Virus record (IMG/VR): IMGVR_UViG_3300003973_000003
Coordinates: 1-45,338 of that record
Direction: 5' to 3' (one strand)
DNA length: 45,338 nt
Source of the DNA: a virus
The notes under the pieces are model-generated. The model was not told the DNA's origin and did no database searches. It worked only from the letters and a program-made list of their open reading frames with translations. Every line of letters begins with the position of its first letter. The stretch's first letter is position 1. Positions 19,753-28,534 of the stretch are shown here, piece after piece. The position numbers and the translations under genes were made by a program.

Positions 19753-20187
19753 TTAGTTTTTTGCTTCGGCTTCCAGGCGGTCGATGCGGTAGTTGTCAGC
19801 GGTGGCGACGACCTGTTGCCATTCCATGTACAGGTCGGGCAGCGCCGTCACCAACGTGTAAACGTTTTCGGGCGTGCAGTCGATGTAGCCCGTGTCCGAG
19901 ATGACGCCCGTAACGTCCGATTTCGGCATGTTGGCCCAGCCCATCACCAGATGCGAACAGAATACACGCTTGAAGATTTCTTCCTGTTTGGCCGGTTTGA
20001 TTTGGCCCAACGGGTTGCGGTGAGGGGCGGTCGCTTCTTCCAGGGCTTTCGAGTACGCCTTGTTCGACTTCGACATGCGGGACAGCGTGACGGTACAAAC
20101 AGTGCCGTCCGGGTTCGTGAACAGTTCCAGCGTGATACCGCTGTTTTCTTTGACCGACGACGTTTCGTATTGTTTGCGCAGTGACAT
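19753..20187 (-). CDS. Tail assembly chaperone (lambda gpG analogue)
   Basis: 144 aa from ATG 20187 with SD AGGAG 8 nt upstream. It lies between the major tail gene and the TMP and ends in the slippery site. Confidence 0.8.
   Translation of the reverse strand: MSLRKQYETSSVKENSGITLELFTNPDGTVCTVTLSRMSKSNKAYSKALEEATAPHRNPLGQIKPAKQEEIFKRVFCSHLVMGWANMPKSDVTGVISDTGYIDCTPENVYTLVTALPDLYMEWQQVVATADNYRIDRLEAEAKN
19756..19762 (-). promoter_or_regulatory. Programmed -1 ribosomal frameshift slippery heptamer A_AAA_AAC
   Basis: The minus strand reads GCA AAA AAC TAA. The X_XXY_YYZ pattern is in the correct zero frame directly before the stop, and the -1 frame reads AAA AAA CTA ATC GCC GTG TTC... into ORF 19385..19747. 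Confidence 0.75.
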
Positions 20188-20210
20188 GTTGTAACTCCTA
20201 ATGTGGGTAT

Positions 20211-20234
20211 AAGAAAAAGGGGCCGAAACCCCTT
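20211..20234 (-). terminator. Rho-independent terminator/attenuator after the major tail gene
   Basis: Minus strand caaGGGGTttcgGCCCCtttttctt, with a UUCG-type loop and a U-run. Confidence 0.7.
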
Positions 20235-20255
20235 GTTTGTGTTTCAAGCCGTATA

Positions 20256-21806
20256 TTAACCCGGCATTGCTACGTTTGGCAAGTACGGAAAGAATTCAGC
20301 CAAAAGAGTGTTGCCGAACTTCGACTGTACTGCGTTCGTGTCCAGCGGGATCGTGATCGGGCTGTCCTTTTCGACAGTGATACGCCCGCCGCCAAGTGCG
20401 ATCAAAGGCATGTCGTATACCAAACCTTTGTTGCGCGCCGCTGCGATCATGTACATGTCAGCGTCAGCGTTTGCGCCGACAGCTTTCGTCGCTTCGACGT
20501 TGGTAAAGTACGCTGTTACGCTGCCCGATACTTCGAAGTCGCCCGACGTAGTGTCGAACGAACCTTTTACCCCCAACGCCTTGTTTTGCGTGGTGTTGTT
20601 GTTGATAACAATCGACGCTTCCGATACAAACGCGAACAGCGGTTTCGGGAACGCGTCGGAGTTGTCCGTAACCGACATGCGGATTTGATACAAGTCGGTC
20701 GATGTGTTGATCGCATCTTCGCCCAACGATGCGATACGCTGGCCGGGTTTCAGACCTTGCAACCCCGTACGGACTTCCGTATCGCACGCAACGAACGACA
20801 TGTCACAGTTGAGCTTGTCGGTCTGCGGAACGTTGATGGTCAGTTCGTTGGCCACGGCACCGATAAGGTATTCGGATTGAACCCCGGCTTGATCCTGGCC
20901 TAACGTGCGTTCAAGTTGGTACGACCGACGCTTGATCAGTTCGGGACTTTCTTCGTTGCGAACAACCGAACCCCAATACAGTTCGACGGATTTGCCGACG
21001 CCCGTATCGGACACTGGAACGAGCATCGTTGTTTTATCGAAAACCAACGTGTTCGAAGTGATTGTGGCGACGCGTGCGTACCCTTTGAACGAAGCGAACG
21101 CCGACGTAGCGTTATCGCCACCGATGAAAATCCATTGTCCAGGGATAAGGCCGATGGATGGCATTACCGCGTCTTTCGACGTCAGGACAGGGATACCGCT
21201 GGCGTTCGTCAGGGCCAGATCGCCCGCACCGAAGACGATACCGACCGTTTCGATTTTGGCCGCTTCGGGCGGTGCCGCTTCAATCACCAGGGGCGACGAT
21301 ACAACCAGTTCAGTAGCGGTCGAGCTTACGACGACCTTGCGGCCGTTGTTGGCTGGACTTGCGAAGCCCGACGCGTAGACGATAGCGCCCTGCGCAAAGC
21401 GAGTCAGACCCGATGCGGCTGAATACTTATCGCCGACCGACGTAGCCCCGGTAATGACCGTCTTAGTACCGTTGACCGGGGCGGTACTTGCTTGCTGGCG
21501 AATGTCAGCGAAACAGAAACCTTGCATCAAACGTTTCGTATTGTTGAACGTTACGTCGCTGGTGAAACCGCCCGACGCGTCAATGTCGGTAATCGTACCT
21601 TTGCGACGCTGACGCGACTGGCTGATCGGCGCACGAACAGTAGACGAATAGTCAGCGCCGAAATCTGCGTAACTGTCCGGTTCCTGGGCGTACCACTTCG
21701 CGTCTGCACCGTTGACGCCAGGAAGCATCTTTAAGCATTCCTCTTCCGCAATCGACAGACCCGTAACGTTCGAGTCAATCTTGTTAATGCCACATGGATC
21801 GGCCAT
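20256..21806 (-). CDS. Major tail (tube) protein
   Basis: 516 aa. It lies after the tail terminator and before the chaperones. Codon usage looks like a highly expressed gene, and a terminator follows. Confidence 0.7.
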   Translation of the reverse strand: MADPCGINKIDSNVTGLSIAEEECLKMLPGVNGADAKWYAQEPDSYADFGADYSSTVRAPISQSRQRRKGTITDIDASGGFTSDVTFNNTKRLMQGFCFADIRQQASTAPVNGTKTVITGATSVGDKYSAASGLTRFAQGAIVYASGFASPANNGRKVVVSSTATELVVSSPLVIEAAPPEAAKIETVGIVFGAGDLALTNASGIPVLTSKDAVMPSIGLIPGQWIFIGGDNATSAFASFKGYARVATITSNTLVFDKTTMLVPVSDTGVGKSVELYWGSVVRNEESPELIKRRSYQLERTLGQDQAGVQSEYLIGAVANELTINVPQTDKLNCDMSFVACDTEVRTGLQGLKPGQRIASLGEDAINTSTDLYQIRMSVTDNSDAFPKPLFAFVSEASIVINNNTTQNKALGVKGSFDTTSGDFEVSGSVTAYFTNVEATKAVGANADADMYMIAAARNKGLVYDMPLIALGGGRITVEKDSPITIPLDTNAVQSKFGNTLLAEFFPYLPNVAMPG

Positions 21807-21811
21807 TATTA

Positions 21812-22270
21812 CTACTCCTTATTTGTTTCGTCGTATTGGAATTCGGTTACGACATTCAACCGATAAAACATGTCTTCTTGCGGCAATTCATTTATTCGGC
21901 TGTTGCGATATACTATCGCGCATTCCGATTGCCAATTTCTGAATTCGGCCTGTATTGCTTGCGCAATTGCTTCGCCACTTTCGATTATTTCGTCGTCGCC
22001 TTTAGGCATGAATATCTGAACGACCAATAACCCGCTGACAGTATAACGCCTTTGACCCGGTTTGCCCACATTAGTACTAAGGGTTGTTTGTTCCGTGTCG
22101 GCCGTGTGAATGGTGGCGCGCAGCCAAAGAATGTTTGACGGCTTATAGGGTTCCATCAAGCCCTGATAATAGAGCGCCGGTACAACGGGGCGTCGGGCAG
22201 GGTTCGAATCGTTAACCTTAGTAATTCGCCCGTACATTTCGTCCCGCGCTTCGTTACGTGTAGCACTCAT
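21812..22270 (-). CDS. Tail terminator (DUF4128 / gpU-like)
   Basis: 152 aa. The pattern ILWLRATIHTADTEQTTLS...RRYTVSGLLVVQIFMPKGDD is typical of the family. It lies immediately upstream of the major tail gene. Confidence 0.65.
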   Translation of the reverse strand: MSATRNEARDEMYGRITKVNDSNPARRPVVPALYYQGLMEPYKPSNILWLRATIHTADTEQTTLSTNVGKPGQRRYTVSGLLVVQIFMPKGDDEIIESGEAIAQAIQAEFRNWQSECAIVYRNSRINELPQEDMFYRLNVVTEFQYDETNKE

Positions 22271-22653
22271 TCTACAAGTTCCATTTCATAGAGTAACGCC
22301 CCTTCGTCATTCGGTTCAATCGGATCAATACTGACTATCCGAAACGCCGAACCGTTCTTTCGAGTAATAACGTCTTTGAGCGATGGTTTAAACGGGACTG
22401 GCGGCATATACGCCAACGTCGTTCCGGTTTCAACGTCCGAGTTTTTCATCAATCGCGCCATCCGGCGAACCGAACCGCCTATAGGGATGAATGCAATTTT
22501 CGGCGTGTACGTTGTCGCACTCGTCCCGCCAGGAAGCCAGGGCTTGCTAGGGTCTTTGGGTACGGTTGCGCCAACACTGAGATACGACACTGTTTCGCCG
22601 TATTTCGCAATGAGGCGCAGCGCTGACGCTTTCTGTCTGTCGTAGACTCCCAT
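22267..22653 (-). CDS. Head-tail joining / head closure protein
   Basis: 128 aa from the internal ATG 22653, 1 nt after the upstream stop. Assigned by synteny between the adaptor and the tail terminator. Confidence 0.55.
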   Translation of the reverse strand: MGVYDRQKASALRLIAKYGETVSYLSVGATVPKDPSKPWLPGGTSATTYTPKIAFIPIGGSVRRMARLMKNSDVETGTTLAYMPPVPFKPSLKDVITRKNGSAFRIVSIDPIEPNDEGALLYEMELVE

Positions 22654-22654
22654 A

Positions 22655-23173
22655 CTAAGCCCGTACCGTACGGATACCAGCGCCCGCGCAGGGACACACA
22701 TCGAACAACAATGCAAGCGCCAAATTCACGGCGCTGATAACAGGCGGCGAATACGTCACCCAGTTACCGACGGCGTATTCGGTATCAATCGGGCCAATCT
22801 TTTCGCGCTTGATATCCGGCCCCGACTTACTCGGAAACAAAGCCCCGCCGTCTGCAACGAACAACGCCGCGTGCATTTGCGCAGCTTTGAGCTTCGGCGG
22901 TATCTTGTCAGTCGGATACGGCTTGTCGAAATACACGACGCCCGTACGTGGCCAACAGAACGATTGTGTTTCGGGGCTAGTACGGCGACCAGGAAACTTA
23001 CATTCGAACGTGTCGAGGAACATGGCCGACATGGTTAACATCGGAATCAAAGCGTCGTCACTTGTGGGCAAGACAGACCCGTACAACGCCGCAAACGCAC
23101 GAAGTTCGGCAACGCTAACATAACTGTTAGCGTTCGGAACGCCGCTACCGTCTTCGATGATGATAGCGGCCAT
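22655..23173 (-). CDS. Head-tail adaptor (gp6-like / DnaT-like connector)
   Basis: 172 aa. MAAIIIEDGSGVPNANSYVSVAELRAFAALYG... is the typical N-terminus of this connector family. Confidence 0.65.
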   Translation of the reverse strand: MAAIIIEDGSGVPNANSYVSVAELRAFAALYGSVLPTSDDALIPMLTMSAMFLDTFECKFPGRRTSPETQSFCWPRTGVVYFDKPYPTDKIPPKLKAAQMHAALFVADGGALFPSKSGPDIKREKIGPIDTEYAVGNWVTYSPPVISAVNLALALLFDVCPCAGAGIRTVRA

Positions 23174-23175
23174 GG

Positions 23176-23670
23176 TTAAACGACCGCTTCGTTTAATTTG
23201 AACGCCGTTATAGCCCCATTTACAATAGTTGGCACTATTGTAAATGTGACCGCTTGGGAATCGTTGATCGATACGGGCATCATGAATTGCTGTTGGTCTT
23301 TCAGCGTCCCGATTGTCCCGTCGAACTTAACTAATAAATCGCCATCGAATTTCCCGTCAGCCACAGCGATACCAGGGGCCGGAACACCGCTACCGAAATC
23401 CACTCGTACGGTTTCGCCGTCCGTTACCAACGTACTACCGTCAGGAACTGAAACACCTTCCCATACCGGAAAATCGATATGGGACTGAGGTATAGCCCCC
23501 GCCACGTACGCAGCCGGTTCGGGCTTCCCTTGGTACGACGCGGCGTGAGTATTGGAGCGAATCAGTACAGTGTATTCCCCGTTTTTGATTGCATCGAACG
23601 CAGACTGTTCGGAAACAGTCATACGCGAACCTTCGATAAAGAATAGGATTTTTTGTGCGGTCTGATTCAT
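23176..23670 (-). CDS. Hypothetical head-associated protein
   Basis: 164-aa ORF in the head module, coupled to neighbouring genes. Confidence 0.6.
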   Translation of the reverse strand: MNQTAQKILFFIEGSRMTVSEQSAFDAIKNGEYTVLIRSNTHAASYQGKPEPAAYVAGAIPQSHIDFPVWEGVSVPDGSTLVTDGETVRVDFGSGVPAPGIAVADGKFDGDLLVKFDGTIGTLKDQQQFMMPVSINDSQAVTFTIVPTIVNGAITAFKLNEAVV

Positions 23671-23671
23671 C

Positions 23672-24109
23672 TTATGCCTTTCCAGGTGCCCATACTGCGG
23701 CGGGTTTCTCGTCGGCGACTGCTGCGGGTTTCGAGTCCGTCCATTCGGCAGGAACCTTTTTAGGCTTTGCCGTTTTGGCTTCTTTCACGACAGGTTTCGC
23801 CGTTTGGTCAGCCTTGACTACTGGCGGGGCAACGTCGTCCAGCTTATGCTGTTCGCTGGTGTTGCTGAATGTTTCGTACTCTTCCAGGCGCGACGATGCG
23901 AACGCTTCGACAGCTTCGGTAGCGGTAGGGAAGCTGGCGTACGCTGTCGGCACTTGGCCCGCAACACCGTCGCACACTTCGGGAATATCGTAATCGCCGA
24001 CGAAACGGGCGTTACGGTAACGAACAGGTACGCCGATTGCTTCAACTTCGGCGATTTCATCCGAAGACAGAACGGGGCCACCCATGAAGAAAATGATAAC
24101 CGGATGCAT
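23672..24109 (-). CDS. Hypothetical head-associated protein with an A/P/K-rich C-terminal half
   Basis: 145 aa with SD AAAGGAAACATCATG. It follows the capsid terminator. The tail reads ...PPVVKADQTAKPVVKEAKTAKPKKVPAEW... Confidence 0.6.
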   Translation of the reverse strand: MHPVIIFFMGGPVLSSDEIAEVEAIGVPVRYRNARFVGDYDIPEVCDGVAGQVPTAYASFPTATEAVEAFASSRLEEYETFSNTSEQHKLDDVAPPVVKADQTAKPVVKEAKTAKPKKVPAEWTDSKPAAVADEKPAAVWAPGKA

Positions 24110-24135
24110 GATGTTTCCTTTTATTAACGTTGTCG

Positions 24136-24159
24136 TGAAAACAGGGCTTGCGCCCTGTT
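24136..24159 (-). terminator. Rho-independent terminator/attenuator after the major capsid gene
   Basis: Minus strand AACAGGGC-gcaa-GCCCTGTT followed by TTTC. Confidence 0.7.
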
Positions 24160-24178
24160 CGTGATTATGCCGTGTTGT

Positions 24179-25165
24179 TTATGCTGACGTTTTCAGCAAG
24201 ACCCCGGCCAAGTCTTTGTGGCTGGTTGCCGTGCGATCCCAGTTCGCCGACGCCATGATCGCCGCGTCGTTCGGTGACTTGCCGCCCGTAACCTTGTCCC
24301 AGGCGAAACCTTGAATGCCGAGGTTGTACGTCCATTCGGCTTGCCAGTAGCGCAGGATGTTTTCGCGGCCGGTCTTTTCTTCCGACGCGGTATCCCAGTC
24401 GTTGTTTTGACCGACGTAGATCGCTTGCGTGCTCAGGCCGAGGGTATAGTACGCATCGATATCGCCACCGACCGTAGTATTCATCAGCGACGGCGAATCG
24501 GTAACGATAAACACGCGACCAAAGCCGTCACTGTAGATATTCACCGTACCGAACACGAACAGGCGTTGCAAGTTGTTCACGGCGTTCAGGTACATCGTGG
24601 TCAGCGGGCCGGAATGCATGACCCATACGCGGATAGCGTTTTGACGGTCGCCGAACTTACCAGCGGCGCGAACCAAGTTACCCAGGTTCATGAGTTTATC
24701 TTCGGCAACAGCCGAACCCGTTACGTCGGTATAGACTTTCGGTTGCGACGCCAGGGCCGAAACGCACGCGCCCAAAGCGGTATTCAGCATGTCGGCCAGC
24801 ATATCCGGCGCCAGTTGCTGCGCCAGGACGGCGGCGGCTTCTTCCGGGTTGCGCTGAATCCACGTCCATTGCGAAGGTTGCATTTCGATTTGTGGCGTAC
24901 CGGCCGCGACTTTCACCGACGTATCGACCAGATGTTCGAACGTTTTGGTATTGATGTTGCCTTGCGTGTAGACGTTGCGGCGACGCACCAAATCTGCGAT
25001 TTTCGCGTAGAACACGGTATCGCTGAAATCGCCCAGGTGAGCCGACGAACGCAGCGTAATCGTACCCTGCGACGCTTCGTTGAACAGGTTGATTTGTTGA
25101 TCGAGAATTTCCGTAGTCGCTGTGTACAGAAATTCGTTGTATACTTTCAATTCGGCCAAAGCCAT
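24179..25165 (-). CDS. Major capsid protein (HK97-fold family)
   Basis: 328 aa. It lies after the scaffold gene, shows strongly biased G/C-ending codons, and is followed by a terminator. Confidence 0.85.
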   Translation of the reverse strand: MALAELKVYNEFLYTATTEILDQQINLFNEASQGTITLRSSAHLGDFSDTVFYAKIADLVRRRNVYTQGNINTKTFEHLVDTSVKVAAGTPQIEMQPSQWTWIQRNPEEAAAVLAQQLAPDMLADMLNTALGACVSALASQPKVYTDVTGSAVAEDKLMNLGNLVRAAGKFGDRQNAIRVWVMHSGPLTTMYLNAVNNLQRLFVFGTVNIYSDGFGRVFIVTDSPSLMNTTVGGDIDAYYTLGLSTQAIYVGQNNDWDTASEEKTGRENILRYWQAEWTYNLGIQGFAWDKVTGGKSPNDAAIMASANWDRTATSHKDLAGVLLKTSA

Positions 25166-25196
25166 GATTGTGTTCCTTTCAGGTTAAGTAATGCTA

Positions 25197-25877
25197 TTAC
25201 TGTGCTTCGCGTGCTGCAACGCGGGCTTTGATTTCGGCAACCAGCGACGCCGGTTTCATCGTGGCCAGCTTTGCTTCTTCGTTCACTTGCGTTTGTTGTT
25301 GCTGTTGCTGCTGTTGCTGTTCGCCGCCAGTGCGGGTTTGACCGCCACCCGTTGCGCGACTTCCGCGAATGATAGCACGAAATTCAGGGTTTGCCGCGAT
25401 TTCGGTTTGCAGTTCGGCAATCGTCAGTTTCGATGGCTTGCCGTCTGCGCCCAGGACTTTGGTAGATGGTGTTTCCGAGTCGATATCGGCCTGCAAACGG
25501 GCCTTGATAACCGGAATCAACAGCGTCGGCGAATCGCTGATCGCACTCGCCATCGTGCGGGCAACGTTGTCAACCAGCGACGAACGAGCAAAGGACGACA
25601 GGCGGTCAACCGTTGCTGCACTGGCGCGACCGGCTTCGGCCAGGGCGGTAGTGTGCGTTTCGTTCAGGTCGGCGATTTGCGACGTAAGCGTGCGTACTTG
25701 AGCTTCGGCCGTTTTACGCGCCTGAACTTCGTTGTCTTTCGAGCGACGCAGGGCGGTAGTGTCTTCCACGCCTTCGAGCGACAGTTCGAAGGAATCGCCG
25801 ACTTGTGCGTATTCGGCTTGCAGTTCAGGGGCCAACTTTGCGTAAGTTGCTCCGTCGATTTTTACTTTGAGTGCCAT
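25197..25877 (-). CDS. Scaffolding protein
   Basis: 226 aa, alpha-helical and charged. It lies between the MuF-like and capsid genes and contains a run of 10 Gln. Confidence 0.75.
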   Translation of the reverse strand: MALKVKIDGATYAKLAPELQAEYAQVGDSFELSLEGVEDTTALRRSKDNEVQARKTAEAQVRTLTSQIADLNETHTTALAEAGRASAATVDRLSSFARSSLVDNVARTMASAISDSPTLLIPVIKARLQADIDSETPSTKVLGADGKPSKLTIAELQTEIAANPEFRAIIRGSRATGGGQTRTGGEQQQQQQQQQTQVNEEAKLATMKPASLVAEIKARVAAREAQ

Positions 25878-25888
25878 GTTTAATACTC

Positions 25889-26992
25889 CTATTGTGACAA
25901 GATGGTTTCGATTACGAATTCGTAATCGTTTACGGGCAATTCTGTTTCGGCGGTAAATCCTTCGATTTCGTCAGCGACCGCCTTACCGCTGATAATCTTT
26001 GCTGCAATGGATGTTGAGAACACCATAGCTAAAACCTTTTCAGGCTGACGCTTGGCCCAATTGTACAACGTTTCGTTGAAACTGTCATCACCAACGAACG
26101 GTTCGATATGCGACCTGCATCGAATGTGGGCAGGTGGTAACGGCCCGTTACCGTATTCGTAGACCGTCCCGTTAAGCTTACGACACGTATGTGTCGTACG
26201 CGTGTCCATGATCGAAATCCAGATATACCGATCAAAGTATGCAGATTGAACAGCCGCCGTTGTCTGCATTGCTACCTGTTGAACGACTGTCGCCATGACT
26301 GCGGCGCTTGCGTTACGCCGCGTGTGCATCGCACCGTCTTGGTAACGGGCTTCTTTCGTGCCGATAATTCGGTCTATCGTTTCGGCCACAGTCCACGAGT
26401 TAGCGTACGCTTGCTTAATGATCGACTCGATTGCATACTGAGACTGAATCGACAACCCCTCGATCATTTCGGCGATGGTCATGCCGTTTGCGGGAATGAT
26501 GGCGTGATAGACAGATGCCCACATTCTCGCGTCACCCGCTTCCGATTTCCGTAGACTGAGCCAGCCGAACAGCGTCGTATTGTCTTCTTCGGCTTCGACT
26601 TCCGATAGGACGCTATCCGCGTATTCGTCGTCAGGAATGACAACCTTATTTGTGGCCGTGTTGAACTGGATAGCATACGACGCGTAAATTCGTTTCGCCA
26701 TGCGTTTCGATTGGTTCGTGAAATCTTCCATGTCTGCGATGACAATTGCGACATGTTGATTCCACAGACGCAATTGATTCTTGCGCATCTGCGACACGAA
26801 GTTTTTAAGTTCTGTCTTAGTCATTCCGTCCATTGTCTTGTAAGGAATGTTGACCAACAGTTCTTTAATTTCAGCTTGCCAAATACGTGCGAACGTGGCG
26901 TACTGTGCGTTCTGTCCTGCGCGAATCTGTTCGACAAACAGTTGCTGTCGAACTAAGATATCGCGCAATCGTTTTGCTTTGATTGCGCTCAT
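25889..26992 (-). CDS. Head morphogenesis / minor capsid protein (Mu F / SPP1 gp7 family)
   Basis: 367 aa. Signature HTCRKLNGTVYEYGNGPLPPAHIRCRSHIEP. It lies directly after the portal gene. Confidence 0.85.
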   Translation of the reverse strand: MSAIKAKRLRDILVRQQLFVEQIRAGQNAQYATFARIWQAEIKELLVNIPYKTMDGMTKTELKNFVSQMRKNQLRLWNQHVAIVIADMEDFTNQSKRMAKRIYASYAIQFNTATNKVVIPDDEYADSVLSEVEAEEDNTTLFGWLSLRKSEAGDARMWASVYHAIIPANGMTIAEMIEGLSIQSQYAIESIIKQAYANSWTVAETIDRIIGTKEARYQDGAMHTRRNASAAVMATVVQQVAMQTTAAVQSAYFDRYIWISIMDTRTTHTCRKLNGTVYEYGNGPLPPAHIRCRSHIEPFVGDDSFNETLYNWAKRQPEKVLAMVFSTSIAAKIISGKAVADEIEGFTAETELPVNDYEFVIETILSQ

Positions 26993-26997
26993 TCTTC

Positions 26998-28524
26998 TTA
27001 GCCTTTAGGTTTCGGTGGTGGTATTTTAGCATCCGGGTTATTCAAACCCAAAGCTTTATTTTCGTCTACCATCTTTTTAAGGCTGTCCGCCTGTTCGTTG
27101 TCGATTTCCTCTTTCGCCGCGTCGTCGTCTTCCGTGGCAATACCTGACTTACGTAACAGAGCGCGGGCTTCCTTCCATGTAATCATACCGCCTTGCCATT
27201 CGGCCATAAGTTGTTTACGGGCTTCCGGCGACATTTTCGTAATGTCGAAATCGGTGTTAAGCTTGTACTTGATTTCACCGGGTTCGATACCCATGAACTT
27301 TGCGCACCAGTTGAGCGCCCATTCGATCATCGCTGTTACGTTGTTGGCGGTCGATGCCAGGAACGACGTTTCGCTAGTTTCTTCGTGCTGCGCTTCGGTT
27401 GCAGTCTTTCGACTTCCGACCGACAGTTCGACAAATTTAGCTCCAATCGCTATCATTAATGTTTCTTTCTGATCCATCGCCTCTTTAGCCATCGTGTTCG
27501 GCGAAGCTTGCAGCAGTTGCGCAGTACCCCCGGACGGAAGCATGATGCCGCCAGTCGAACCCGAATTGATCTTACCTTTCATAACGTCGTCAACCCAACT
27601 TTTATCGAGTCCTGCAACGACGTACGTAGGTTGACCGAGAATATACGTAGCTTCTTCGTAGTCGGCGCTGTTCCGGTAATGTGCCAAGTTGATAACGCAC
27701 ATATCGGCCATCGGAGGGTTATCTACCGCGTCGTCGTTGTTCTCGGAACCGAAGAACATGAACGGGATTTCATCGAAGTTAACCCCGCTTGCGTCTTTCG
27801 GCCAAAACTCCTGATTGAGCGAAAAGTTTTTACTTTTCGGCGGGACTTGCCCCATGTTCCAGGCCGTCGGGACGTTTTCCCGATAGATGGTAATGCGGTA
27901 TTTATTACCGACCAATTCCAGCACACGGAATTGACATGCCGTTTTGATTTCGAACCCGTCGTCGGCCATGGGCCATGTTTCGGCGATTACTACCAGTGAC
28001 AGCAACACTTTAGAGCCACGGGTAATAGTTCGCCAATTAATTACGTTCTGCGGTGCATGTACCGAAATTGTAGGGCGTATCAACCCTTCCGCCTGTTCTC
28101 TCTTTGTTGCGCCGCCTTCCGCAACGTCGGGATAGTCAACCAAAGTACCGCCGCGACCATACGAAAGCGTCATATTAAGCGCACGCTTCGCAGTCTGGAC
28201 AAGACTTACGCCGCCGCCGTTAGCGTCAACTTCGATGATATCCATTGCGTCGGGAATTTCCGATACGGGGTCACGGGCGAACACTTGACCGCTCAGGCCG
28301 TTGAGCGTACGACGTACAACGTTCACGAATACGGCCCGTCGCAGGTACTGTTTGTACCGAACACGGTTTTCCTCGCTCTTATCCGTTTCGTTAGGCATCG
28401 GCAGATATTCGGTGCGACGGGCCTTTACCGCGTCTTCACCAATGAGGCAATCGGTAATCTGTTTGTAGCGCTCAGATACGGCCGACAGTTCCGGCCGCAC
28501 GAATGTTACTTTCGGGCTTGACAT
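26998..28524 (-). CDS. Portal protein
   Basis: 508 aa, directly after the large terminase. The N-terminus ...ERYKQITDCLIGEDAVKARRTEYLPMPN... looks like the DUF4055-type portal family. Confidence 0.85.
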   Translation of the reverse strand: MSSPKVTFVRPELSAVSERYKQITDCLIGEDAVKARRTEYLPMPNETDKSEENRVRYKQYLRRAVFVNVVRRTLNGLSGQVFARDPVSEIPDAMDIIEVDANGGGVSLVQTAKRALNMTLSYGRGGTLVDYPDVAEGGATKREQAEGLIRPTISVHAPQNVINWRTITRGSKVLLSLVVIAETWPMADDGFEIKTACQFRVLELVGNKYRITIYRENVPTAWNMGQVPPKSKNFSLNQEFWPKDASGVNFDEIPFMFFGSENNDDAVDNPPMADMCVINLAHYRNSADYEEATYILGQPTYVVAGLDKSWVDDVMKGKINSGSTGGIMLPSGGTAQLLQASPNTMAKEAMDQKETLMIAIGAKFVELSVGSRKTATEAQHEETSETSFLASTANNVTAMIEWALNWCAKFMGIEPGEIKYKLNTDFDITKMSPEARKQLMAEWQGGMITWKEARALLRKSGIATEDDDAAKEEIDNEQADSLKKMVDENKALGLNNPDAKIPPPKPKG

Positions 28525-28534
28525 TTCGTTACTC

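Noticed and set aside
24311-25883. Long + strand ORFs 24311..25231 and 25191..25883 lie opposite the capsid and scaffold genes
   Set aside because: They are antisense to strongly codon-biased, GC3-rich genes. R/G/V-rich translations are the expected artefact of high GC3 on the opposite strand.
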